Positions 1 to 12,508 of a DNA stretch of 64,000 bases are shown here, piece by piece (positions within the stretch are counted from its first letter, which is position 1; every line of letters starts with the position of its first letter). The position numbers were made by a program, and so were the translations under genes. The stretch is from Paraspadella gotoi. Lineage: Eukaryota; Animalia; Chaetognatha. The notes beneath the pieces were generated by a model, which was given only the letters and a program-made list of their open reading frames with translations, was not told the DNA's origin and did no database searches. The stretch lies in contig JBJCIZ010000028.1 in the NCBI GenBank assembly GCA_051294375.1, forward strand, positions 678,837-742,836, read 5' to 3'.

Positions 1-190
1 GCTTAATGGGCCTCCGTTAATGAACATTTGTCATAGCAAATGCAAGGAAGCGAAAACGATTTATTTATTAAAGCGACCACATGCGGTAAAAGTGCGCAAA
101 AAAAAAAAAAGTTCGACGCTATGTGGCGAATTCCATATTTATTCATGGTAATTCTTTAACGGGTTTTTCCGGTTTTTACGTCGCCAAGGT

Positions 191-298
191 GGCAGTTATG
201 AGGCCTCAACGCTGAGCAGGAGTTTTTGTCTACTGTGCAGACGGCAGTTATAGAGCTCAACGCTGAGCCGGGGTTTTTCGTCTACTCCGCAGACGGCA
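191..298. repeat. Two-copy 52-bp tandem repeat with internal hairpins
   Basis: ggcagttat..ctcaacgctgag..gtctactNNgcagac starts at 191 and 243, with a third partial ggca at 295. Confidence 0.8.
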
Positions 299-369
299 TA
301 CAACAAGCCCAAGTAAGCCAAAGCTCCCCACCCACGCTTGCAGGTGACAAGGACCGTCAATATGCTAGC

Positions 370-838
370 TTTACATCCACCCACGCGGATGTGAAGGAGA
401 GTGGAAATTAAACACCCCACTTAGATAACTTATATCTCAATCTTAATTATCGTTATCAATATGAACCATATTAGCTCATGAAAACTGCACCACATCCCAC
501 TTAAGGTAGCAGTAGCAACAAGAGACGTGGGGACCGAACAAAGCCGATGCCACCATGTCGTCTTTATTACTAACTCCTGTAATAACTGACGAATCTATTT
601 AGCCTAATATATAAAAGAGGATTGAGTATTCATTATGATTATATTAAATAACGTGAAACAAACGAAAATAAACGGGAGAGAATTACAAATTGTTACCGGC
701 CAAAATCACGACTGAAGAAATTACAAGCGATCGAGAACTAAAAGCGTTTTGTTTACAATTCAGCGAAGGCCAATACTTTTGTAAATAAAGAACGAGGCCC
801 GAAACGAAAACAACAACTCTTTGATATTCTGACAGCAA
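370..838. other. Diverged copy of cassette non-coding modules plus the 3' end of the family-A ORF
   Basis: 370-570 matches 58568-58730 (ccacttaa twice, gtggggaccgaacaaag.cgatgccaccatgtc); 567-838 matches about 57079-57357, which includes the C-terminus of ORF 57279..58025. Confidence 0.85.
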
Positions 839-929
839 GAGTCCGGAATTACAGATCTTGATGGTAATCTGCTCCCCGATCGCGAATTCCACGTTCGGTC
901 TGCTCAATCCAAATTCCGAACTCCCCCCC

Positions 930-2800
930 TTATCGGCTCTTTTTACCATCGCTCTCCCCTTTAACGCTAGTATTTTTCCCCATAATGACCACGTGATCGT
1001 CTCCGGTCAAGGTTCCCGTCTTGGACGTACCGAAAGCCGCTCCCGTCGTTCGCAATTTCCCGCTCCCGTAAAAATTTTGGCTGGATGAGGGTGGGCCGAC
1101 GGCGACCATCCTGGCGTGGAGGCAAGGATCCTTCAACGCCTTCTTCAAATTGGAGTCGGCGAGGAGCGGGTGTCGCGGCTTCGTCGCGCCCGATCCCTGA
1201 GCGTAGTTGAGGAAACCCGCGCCGCCGCCGACTTGGTTGACGACGGTCTTGACGGGGGATTTCGGTTTGAAGAAGAAAAATCCTTGTTTCCCCTTCGAGG
1301 ACGACGTCATCGGCGTCCCGGGTCTCTCCGTTCCCCGCCGCGCTCGAGGTCGAAGCGACGGGAGTCTCGTCGACGCTGACTCGAGCCACGCGGGGAGCGA
1401 CGTAACGCGTCTTGTTCTTCCCCCGCATGGCGAATCCGATTTCCGGATTGCGAAAACCGCGAAGCATGGCCTGGTCGTATTCGTCAAAGAACGCCTTGAC
1501 TATTTTTATTTTTTTCGTTTTTCGTCGTTGGCGAAAAAGAGAGGGTAGGATTTTTTGTTTTTGTTTTTCGCGATGAACGAACGGATGAGAATTTCGAATT
1601 AGTTTTTTTTCTCCGAAGGATGATGAAAATTTATTTTCGGGAAAAGAAAAATCGGCGAGTGGAAAGTTTTCGTCCCCGACGATCGAATTTAAGGGGAGAG
1701 GCGTGCCTGGCGGGCGTTTTTCGAGGGGGAAGAGCGCCTTTGCGGGAGAACGTGGCGTCGATCGTTTCCGACGACAACAAGAGAGAAGCTATTAATTTTT
1801 TCGTTCGCGACGACGGGCGAGGATCGACGGCGAGGATCGACGAGAGAGAGAAAGAACGTCAATTTTTGGCGACGGCGGGGTGCGTTTTCGTCGAAGAGGA
1901 AGAGGAAGACGGCGGTGAAACTCGGCGGCCTTCTCTGAGTACGCAAGCGAAGGACGCCTGAAGGGTTTTGAGAAGCTCGATAGTGAAATTAACGAGATAT
2001 TCGCGGCTCAGGCCGCGCATGCGCCGACCGATCTTTTTAGATTTTATAGGCGGGACAAATAAGTACCTAGTCGACTCATCTTCGTTAACCCGGCTCTTTG
2101 AGCGAGAGTCGTTTGGAGAGGAACGCTTAGATCCCTCCTTGGAGCTCGAAGATCCGTTTCCGCGTTTCTCTTTCTTCCTTTCCCCCTTGACTTTGCTCTT
2201 CTCTCCCCGCCCCCGCGCCCGACGAGGTTCTTTCTGGCTCTTGTTCGCGCGCGAGATTTCTTTCCCCCCTTTCCTCTTTGAGACCGCGTCAACGAAAAGC
2301 GCAGAGAGGCGGAGGCAAGAAAACGCCAAGTTCCACCAATTTGACGGCCAGCAGCGATCTTGGTTCGACGCCGAGCTCGATGTTTGCGGTTCTTCGCCAT
2401 GGCCTTGAGATAACTGCTTTCGAATTGGTGAACTTTCTCCGAACACGCCGTAAAAAAGACGATGCACACCTAATGCACCTACTCACATGGCGCGACAAAC
2501 GAATCGGGGAGCCGCTCGGTCCGACCACGTTAAGGGGTGGAACATAGTTTGGGAGCAGAGAGCTGATTTGCGAAAGTCTCGGGGAAAAAAGAATGGTGCT
2601 GAGGTGGAAGCGAATGCGGCTCCAGAATCGGTAGCAGCGGGAGCGGCGGGAGGAGGCAAAGATGTTCGAATTCTCTTCGCGCTCTTGTAAATGTCAAATT
2701 CTTTTTGCCATTTTTTTTTAAATTGCGGTATCATGGGTGGAATATTTCTTTGTCCTTCTCCGTCTAACGGAAATGGCGTCCTCGCTCTCAATCTCACATC
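930..2800 (-). other. GC-rich ORF-like stretch of unknown function (ORFs 930..1487, 1859..2467, 2044..2469, 2483..2797)
   Basis: Overlapping low-complexity K/R/S-rich ORFs downstream of gene A1; no recognisable domain. May be frameshifted 3' parts of A1. Confidence 0.3.
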
Positions 2801-2860
2801 TTAGAAATCCTTGAAAGTTTTGGTTTAAAAAAAAGTGGTCCAAAACTTCCCCAAATTCTT

Positions 2861-3780
2861 TTATAATGGCCTCCCTTGAGTCATCATAACTGGTCCCTCG
2901 TTTAAAATTGGACATGAATTGCACCAGCGTTTTGACGTCGTGGGGGGATGTTTATCCGTCGTGTTCTCCGTTGAAGGAATTTGACGTGAGACTGCATCCA
3001 AGTGGGAGTGTTGCTCCACTTGAATGTCGTCTGCGACACCGGAGTTGTCAATCTCACAAGTGAGATTAACGTAGAGAACGAACTGTTCCCCCTCTTCCTT
3101 CTTACAGCCGATAAACCCTTTTAATACATGATTTGCGAGTTTCGTAAACTCATGTTTCTAGATCGCCCGCCCACTTCGAATTGAGATTGGGCGTCAATCT
3201 CTCCGCAAGTCTAAATGCCCCGATTATGAAATCGGGGTGAGGGTCATAAATCAATCGCTCCGTCCAATCCATTGAGCTGTAGTAATATAACAGTTATCAT
3301 TAAACTAAACTTTGTTGTTAATCTAATGATTAATAGCAAGAAAAAATTAATCTATTACCCTTGCGTGTCCTCCGGTTTTCTCATAGATTCTAATGTCTTC
3401 CTCTCCGCGAAAATGATATCCTCCTCTCCTGGGAGGACCGTGTCATCCCAGACCCAAATATTACCTTGGTGTCTGGGGGGTGTGACGAAGGTTGCATAAA
3501 TGTCTTCCCAGTCTTCAAATGTCACAACTCCGAATAACTTGCTTGGCCACGATGAAACAATCCCCATTAGTGCACTTTGGGAAGGGAGATTGTAATTATA
3601 CAATCTCCCAGATTCCGCCTCTCTCTCTAATTTGTCTTTAATGTTTGTTAACCCACTCGACCACGCGATGGAAAGAGGGAATTTATCTGATGCTACGAAC
3701 AGTGGCCGATCGTAGGCGTATGTACACCGAAAGTGTGCCCAGTAAAACTGGTTGGTGTATTTCTTAATGACTCTATCCAT
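2861..3780 (-). CDS. Uncharacterised family-A protein (A1), spliced; 3' end uncertain
   Basis: Exon 3780-3359 (MDRVIKKY..SSWPSKLFGVV..WVWDD), GT-AG intron 3358-3277, in-frame exon from 3276 (SMDWTERLIYDPHPDFIIG..WAGDL). After a frameshift it continues FVLYVNLTCEI..IQVEQHSHLDAVSRQ. Motifs are shared with 57279..58025 and 51400-51550. Confidence 0.65.
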
Positions 3781-4029
3781 TGTTATCGATTGATATTGAA
3801 AATCTAATTTTAAAAACAAAAAATTTAAAAAAACTATTTTATAAAACAAAACTGTCAATCAATAATAGTCCATATCATAATGAAGTAATTTAAAATATTT
3901 ATTCAGCTAAATCATCCACGTCCCAATATTCTTCTCTATCGTTAAATAACAGTATTAGAACACGTTTACTAAGTACACATCGCCTCGTACACATTTCAGT
4001 CTTTGAGTTTCAAGTTATTTATGATCTTG

Positions 4030-4512
4030 TTTGCAGAAGTTTTTAACGTTGTTATTTCTTTTTTCTTTGAAAATATCGTTTTCCGGTGTTTTCTACGTTT
4101 TTATCTCTTTTAACAATGGAAAAGACGTTTTTCGGTGTTTTTAACGTTTTTATCTCTTTTGACATTGGAAAAGTCGTTTTCCGGTGTTTTTAACGTTTTT
4201 AGCTCTTTTTACATAGGAAAAGAAAACGGAGAAGTCGTTTTTCGGTATTTTTCACGTTTTTAACTCTTTTTACATAGGAAAAGGAAAATTCGTTTTTCGG
4301 TGTTTTTAACGTTTTCATCTCTTTTTACAAAAGAAAAGTCGTTTTTTGATGTTTTTAACGTTTTTAGCTTTTTTTACATAGAAATAGTCGTTTGACGAGT
4401 TTTTCAACGGTTTTATTTCTTTTTTTATTGGAAAAGTCGTTTGCCAAAGTTTTTAACGTTTTTAATTACATTACAATTACATTGGAAAAGTTATTTTTCG
4501 GTGTTTTTAACG
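4030..4512. repeat. AT-rich minisatellite (about 45-bp unit), followed by an (AT)n tract
   Basis: Repeated aaagtcgtttttcggtgtttttaacgtttttatctctttt variants. Confidence 0.85.
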
Positions 4513-4941
4513 TATATGAATATATATATAATATATATATGAATATATATATGATATATATATGATACTGGCGGAAGTAAAAGCAGCGGTGCTTATCGAC
4601 TTGCTGTAAATTTTTTACTCACCCCATTAAGTGCGGCTACCCCTACCTTTAAGAGGGATTCCAGGCTTGCTTGGTTCTGTAGTTCCCGTTTCTGGTTCTG
4701 ATTCCTCCGCGATGAGCTGATTAATACATATTAAATAGTAAACGTGGGCAGGAGCGACATCGTTTGCCACAACTCGTGTTTTTTTGTCATATTTTTGAAT
4801 CGTTTTTACCAAAGTTGTTATCACATCTTTTTGAGAATTTTAGTATAAATTGTTAAAACTCGTTTAAAAAAATTTGTTTTCATTGACAGTTTTATATATA
4901 AAAGTATAACTGAAACTTAAAACTAAAACCCGTGATCGACC

Positions 4942-7900
4942 ATGTCGTCGAGCCCTGGCGCCGCCCTCGACGCCGACGACGTCCCTCTCGTCGCCGTGAC
5001 GATCGCCGTCGGCGCCGTCCTCGCTCTCGTCCTCATCTTCATCGGCGCCTTCGCCCGGAAAAAGGGAGAGAGCGACGCCGACGAGGGAGAGCGAGACGAT
5101 GGGCGGGAGACGTCGAACGGTCGAGCCGGCGGCGTGGCGGGACCGGAACCGGGGAGAGCGGCCAAGGCGGCGGGGAAGCGTCAAGCGGCGCGAAAGGAAA
5201 AGCCCAAGCAGGACTCTTTCGCTCATCCTTTGCTCGTTAATAATTTGAAAGGTGAGGGTGTCGAGGGGGGGGGAGGAAAGGGGGAGGAAGATATTGGAAA
5301 TCGATGAAAATGTATGAAAGCAAAATAGATGGAACTACTACTTAAAGAATAAAGTATCGCATCCAATTCGACCCCCCCCACTCCTTCCTTTTTGTCGCTA
5401 ACTCGCCGCACCTCACCTCTCTAGGCCAAGGAGGTGAGTTGCTGTCTATGGACCTGAGTCCCAACGGCAAATACCTCGCCACGAGTTCCGACGACCGCAC
5501 CGTCTTCCTCTGGTCCACCAAGCAGTTCGAGACCAAGGACGTCCGCTCCGTTCGCGCCAACGTCGAGCTCGATCACGCCACGCGCGTTAAATTTAGTCCA
5601 GACTCCAAGGCTTTCGTCGTCAGGTAAAGAAATGTATTGTTAATAATGTAAAAAAAAAAAATATTTAACGAACGAGCTAACTTTGGAAATTACTCCGGGG
5701 CCTTTTTTACTAGATAATAACAAAGACCCTGAAAGCTCGCGATCGAGACATTTTTAACATTTTTAACAGTGCGTGAATGTAAATGAACTTATCTTTATTT
5801 TTCTCATAAGTCTGGCCTATGATAACACGATTCGCATCTTTCGTCTGGGCAAAAAAGACGACGGCAGTCTGGGAAACATCACCGCCTCTCCGGAAAACGA
5901 CTTTAAGAATTCCTCGCCCGAAGGTTGGTCGGTGACCGTTTTATCCCCCGACTTTTTTCGTTTTAATCCCGTGACGAATCGGATTTGGATCTCATTGAAA
6001 AATTTATTTCGCCAAAGTATCCGGATGAATATCTGGCTCTCGTCTCATTTTGTAATACTGTACCGCCCGTAATTTGTCTCCATTCGGGAGACGATGTCCC
6101 CAGTAGGTTGTTGTATGACCCCATGACCTTCTTTGATAGGCAAGGGTGAGATCATCGCCATTGACCCCTGACCCCATGACTTCCTCTTTGATAGGCAAAG
6201 GGCGAGATCATCGCCATTGACCCCTGACCCCATGACCTTCCTCTTTGATAGGCAAGGGTGAGATCATCGCCATTGACCCTGACCCCATGACCTTCCTCTT
6301 TGATAGGCAAGGGCGAGATCATCGCCATTGACCCCTGACCTCATGACCTTCCTCTTTGATAGGCAAGGGCGAGATCATCGCCATTGACCCCTGACCCCGT
6401 GACCTTTCTCTTTGATAGGCAAGGGCGAGATCATCGCCATCGACGTCGCCTCCACCGGAAAGTTCATCCTCACCGTCCACAACGACGTCCACCTTTTGCT
6501 CTGGGATCTCAAGGGAAAAGTCCTCGCCGCCGTCAACACCAATCAGGTTCGTGTTTTATAATATTTTCTCTTATTCAAATAATAATAATAATAATAATAA
6601 TAATGCTTTAATAAATTAGTAGCGTTAGTTGTCTATCTCTGGTTTGATAGTTGTCTTTCCAGGAAGAAGGACAATTAGTAGACACATTTAAATCCGATTC
6701 TTTTTAAGATAGAAATCCCAGGAAAACGGCATTCTTTTCCTTTTTTTCCGTTCTATCTGAATATATGACTTTTGTTAGACTTTTTAAAATTCTTGGCCCT
6801 CCCCAGGAGCGCCAAAGTGCCACGAGCATCAAAATTCACATATATTCGTAGATTTCTTGAACAAGTTCTATTTAAATTTAATTTTCTAATATAATTAGCT
6901 CATTCCTGACTAGAATATTGCATTGCAAGTTAGTGAATATATTAAAAAAATAGTTTTAGGTGCTTATTATGTTGAAAAACTATTTTTACAAACCGGAAGT
7001 TATCAAAAACAGCAAAAAATTAGTTCTAAAGCTACGAAATACTTTTTATAATGCGTTAGATATGTTACATGTTCTGTTTTTATCATTTATTTCAAAAGTT
7101 TAATTTAATATTTTAATTATTAGATATTGTTTAATTATGCCAGACGCGCAAGCTTTTTTACTTTAACTTTGATGTTTAAAAATGACTGATGAACTTTCAT
7201 TGTATTTTATGTCAGATACCTAAATCAATAATACCAATATATATTGTTATAATAGAGAAATATGGTGTAAAGACATTAAAAAAAATAAAAAAGTGAATAA
7301 AGAAAAAGTCAATCTCTTGAACCTTTGAACCTTCCCTAAATCATGGTGGTGGATGATGCCCAACCACCACGGCCCTCACAATGACTCCCCGTCTCCGCTG
7401 CTGAGACAGAGGGAAGACCTCTGGAAAGGCAATAAGCAACCAATGCCCTCTAATCACCTGTCGCAACTATGACTCTCCTCAGAGAAGTTGTCAAGCCAAA
7501 TGACAGCTTCAGACGAATAAAGGGGAAAGCTCAAGTCCTCATTTAAAATCAGCACGGACAATAAACACATTTTTCTTAACTAGCTTTAAAGCTACAAATC
7601 ATAGGTGACCACGCATTCGATTCATTTTTTATTGCTGGCTATCTATATATGTCACTTTTGATATACTGGATTTCTGGATTTCTGGAACAGGCAGCTTTTT
7701 TATCTCAAGATGTATATTACTATCAGGAATACTGAAATTGAGAGATAGTGAATAGGAAATGAAAGGAATAAGGTAATGTTTAGGTTCAGTTGTTTTAAAA
7801 TAAGAACTATTTATTGAAATATAAATGTAGTAAACTATTAACTTGAAAAAATTATAAAAACTGTAATATGTAACTAACATTAACTAAATCAATTTCATTA

Positions 7901-10900
7901 ATCCAAAAAATTTTTGTATTAAAAAATAAAAGGATAGATAAGAATAGGTAAGAATAGAAGGGATAATAATAAGACAAAATTAATAAAGAGAGGCTGCAAC
8001 ATAAAGATCAGCCACCCCTACGTGGACAAATATAAAGGTAGTACCGATAGATTGGGTCATGAGTAGGGTCAAGTCAACTCAGTTTCTTTACCGACTAAAC
8101 TGTTTATATGTGAGTCAGCTGGGTCAGGTAATGTTTCCGTGAGGAGGCAGATGCTAGTGCGACTCAATTTGACTTTAAATACCTGCCTAGTTGCCGCTCT
8201 TTTCAGATAAGGTAGGCCAGGGCGTGTCGTGCTGATTTTAAATATTTTGGTTGCTACAGGTGATTAGAGGCATTGGTTGCTTATTGCTTTTCAGAAGTCT
8301 CCCTCTGCTCGGCGAGTAGAGATGGGGGAAGTCATTGTGCGACCGTGGTGATCGGGATCATCGCACCACACAATTTAGAGAAGGTTCAAGGGTTCAAGAG
8401 ATTTGAGCTTTTTGTTTATTGCAACCTCTTTTTTTTTCGTTGTTTGTCTTGTCAAAATCATATTTTTTTTTTGTGTTTTTAAATTGAAGTTTGAAATAAA
8501 GGATGAAGTCTTTTAGCAAACAACAATTCTATCATGTAGTTCTTCCCCACCAACAAGTGAGCATCTGCTCTCGAAACGCGACATCTCCCGAGAGAAAAAG
8601 AAGAGGAAAACTCCTCTTCCCGCCTTCTCTTCCCCCTCCCGTACGCTACCTCAGTACGCCGACACGAGACAGAATCACTTCTTCTGTTCGCGCCTTTGCG
8701 CTCAGTCTCCCGGCTTTTTACGAAAATATTTTTTGATTATTTTTGTTGAAATAATTTTGGCATATTTTTCGTTTCTCTTTTTTGGAGTTCAGAATACAGA
8801 TATTCTTCAACACGTGGCTTTTTTTTGAAGTTCTCTCTTCACGGCCGCCATCTTTTTCGTCTTCGTTGTTGGCGTGGCTTCGAGGGAAGAGCCTTGACTC
8901 GGCCCTTTCGCTTGCCCTCGACGCACCCTGCGCGGACCTGCGGAGGGAAGAGCCGCGACTCGGCCCTCTCGTTTGCCCTCGGCGCTTAGTACGGCTGCAG
9001 GGGGAAGAACCTTGTTTCGGCCCCCTTGTTTGTCCAGTGCTCTCCCGTTTTTTGGACTGAGGGCGTGTTTTTTCGACTCGACTACCCTCATGTCTCTTCG
9101 CCGCCCGCCTTGCCGCCGCCTCCACCGCCTCCACCGCCTCCACCATCAGCCGTCCGGGCTTTTCTGGTCAGGCCGAAGTGATGCCCCTTCAGATGGAGGC
9201 AGTTCTTCTCCAAATTAGCAACGCTCTTTCTAGCGTTCGTCGCGAATTTAAGGAGTTTCGCCGCTCGTCTCGTTCCGAGTTGGAGAGTCTTCGGCGGTGA
9301 GTACTTCTTTCCTTTCTTTTTTTGGGTTTTTCGCCTTTTTTTGAGCGTACATTCGGCGTACAGAGGGGTTTTCCTCCTGTGCCCCACCTAACTCGACTTT
9401 GTTTGTTTGTTTTTTTGTCGGGCCTTCGCCTGGTCTTGTTACAGGCTCACTTGTTGGTGGGGAAGAAACTACATGATAGAATTTATGGTTCCAAATGGAA
9501 CCGGGATTCTTCATGGTTCTTCCCCACCAACACCACCACCGTCACCCCTGGCACCACCGGTGGTGGAGGGCGGCTCAGGCTCGCTTGTCTTGTTGGTGGG
9601 TTGTTTTTTGGGGTTTCCTTTTTTTTTGAGACTGTCATTTTTCAATGATTTCTCTTTTTTTTTGGCGTACATTCGGCGTACAGAGGGGTTCTCCTCCTGT
9701 GCCCCACCTAACTCGACTTTGTTTGTTTGTTGTTTGTTCGACGCCGTTCGGAAGGACTCCAAAGCCGACGCGCGCTTTCAAGCTTTTGAGCGCATCATGA
9801 GGGACGCCGGAGCGTCCGCTCATGCTGTCCTTTCTGTCGCTGACGCTCTCCGCCTCATGGTTGAGGCCCTACGCTCGGAGGGGCCCGGTGCAGTGGACGC
9901 AGGCCATCTTGACGATCTTGCCAGCCCCTTGGAGACGCCTCGTCGGGTTTGGCGGCGATTTTTTGGTTCGGCCCTCTCCGAGTCTCGGCGCTTAGTTGTC
10001 GACGCTGCCCTTCGGATCTCAAGACAGTTCTGTCCAGTTCTCCGCCCTCCACGTCGTCTTTTTCGGAGACCGCTCCACAGACGTCACTCAAGCGTTCCAT
10101 TCTTCGCTTCTCCGCTCCGGGGCGCCACTCAATTGCGCCTGTTCTGCTAGCCGCAAGCGTGGGCGTGGCAGTCCGCGTAGTCCCGCTCGCCGTCCCTACC
10201 GGCCTCGCAAGTCTTCGCCGCCTCCCAAGCGTAGGGGCGGGGCTCCAGGGACGTCTAAGGACGCCGACTGATCGCCCGACAGCTCTTTCGGCGTGCCTCG
10301 TCCGGCCGTCAGGTTCTCCAGGCCCGGCTTTCGTCCATGGACTGGTTTTTTTGCGGTTTCTCATCCCCCCTTTCACGACGTCCGGTCAAGTGGGCGTGGC
10401 ACGTCACCGGAAGTCTTCGCGGGATTCCCCCTCTTGGTTTGCTTGGCTACGAGTGATTCTGTCTCGTGTCGGCGTACTGAGGTAGCGTACGGGAGGGGGA
10501 AGAGAAGGCGGGGAAGAAGAGTTTTCCTCTTCTTTTTTCTCTCGGAAGATGTCGCGTTTCGAGAGCAGATGCTCACTTGTTGGTGGGGAAGAACCATGAA
10601 GAATCCCGGTTCCATTTGGAACCATAAATTACATTTAATTTTTTGTTTGTAATGTCTTTACACTATATTTCTTTATTATAACAATATATATGGTATTAAT
10701 TGATTTGTGGTATCTGACATAAAATACAAATAAAGTTCATCAGCCATTTAAACGTCAAAGTATAAGGTAAAAAGCTTGTGCGTCTGCCATAATTAAACTA
10801 TATCTAATAATTAAATAAATATTAAAATTATACTTTTTGAAAATAAATGAATAAAAAAGAACATATAACATATCTAGCAAATTGATAAAAATTAGTTTTG

Positions 10901-12477
10901 TAATCTTTAGAACTAATTTTTTGCTGTTTTTGGTAACTTCCGTTTGTCAAAATAGTTTTTGCAAACATAATAAGCACCTAAAACTATTTTTTTAATATAT
11001 TAACTAACTTGCAATACAATATTCTAGTCAGGAATGAACTAATTATATTAAAAAAATAAATTTAAATAGAACTTGTTCAAAAAATCTACGAATATTTGTG
11101 AATTTTGACGCTCGTGGCACTTTGGCGCTCCTGGGGAGGGCCAAGAATTTTAAAAAGTCTAACAAAAGTCATATATTCAGATAGAACGGAAAAAAAGGAA
11201 AAGAATGCCGTTTTCCTGAGATTTCTATCTTAAAAAGAATCGGATTTAAATGTGTCTAATGTCAATTAGTCAGCGAGGGTTGTTTTTTTTTTTTTCTTCC
11301 CCGAACCACTTATGCCACTTAGGTTTTTTTTATACCATTTATTTAATTGACTTCATAATAATTAATATTTTTATTTCCTTCAACAACAGATGATCAACGC
11401 CTTTGGCGCCATCTCCGCCTGCGGTCGCTACGTCGCCTCCTGCGGCTTCACGCCCGACGTCAAAGTCTGGGAGGCGCAATTTTCCAAAGCGGGCGACTTT
11501 GTGGGCGTGGCACGCGCATTCGAACTGAAGGGTCACTCGGCCGGTGAGTGGAGTTGGATGGTGGGCGGAGGAGGTTGGCCAAAGAAAGTGTTTTGGGAGA
11601 TTATACGTGTCTCTCTCTCTCNNNNNNNNNNTCTCTCTCTCTCTCAGGCGTTCTTCACTTTTCCTTCTCTTCCGACTCGACCAAAATGGCCTCCGTCTCC
11701 AAGGACGGAACCTGGAAACTCTGGAACATCGGGGTTGAGTGGCAAAAGGGTCAGGACCCCAAATGCCTTCGAACGGGCACCGCCCACATCACCTCCTTGG
11801 ACCCCTCGGCCACACTCTGCGCTCTGGCGCCCGACGGAAGGTTCGTGGGTGGAGCTCGGGAGGCGTGAGAAGTTGTGAATCGTGAATGGGTTTTGAAATG
11901 GTTGGGAGTCGAAGACGAGGCGTCATTTCGTTGTCGTGACTCCTTATGACAATTTTATCGCAAATCTTGAAGAAAAAAAAAACGGAATTTGTTTAAATTT
12001 AAATATAAAAATGAAATTTAAGAATTTGTAAATTTTGTTTTATAACTTTTTTTTTATATTACAACTCATTTTCTTTGACTTATTGACTTATGAAAGGAAC
12101 GAAATTTATTTATTTATTTATTACATTAATAAAATTTTTGCGTAATAATTTTTTGTTAACAAAGATCCCTCGCCGTTTCCCATCTCTCCGACCTCACCCT
12201 CTATCAATCGTCTTCCGGCGCCGAAGAAGCGCGCGTCCGCGACCTTCACTCCCGCGTCGCCGCCCTCGCCATCGACGCCTCCAATCGTCACGTGATCGCG
12301 TGCGGCGATCGCGTCGTCCGCGTCTTTCACAACGTCGCCGGATACAAGTGAGAGGGAGAGGGAGAGAGAGAGAGAGAGGGAGAGAGAGAGAGACAATATT
12401 AATTACTCGCGGCTTTAGGCACCTTGAGGGCCTTTGAAAGCTACCTATTTCTCTAGAATATTTACAAATTTTAATTT

Positions 12478-12508
<31 letters not shown>

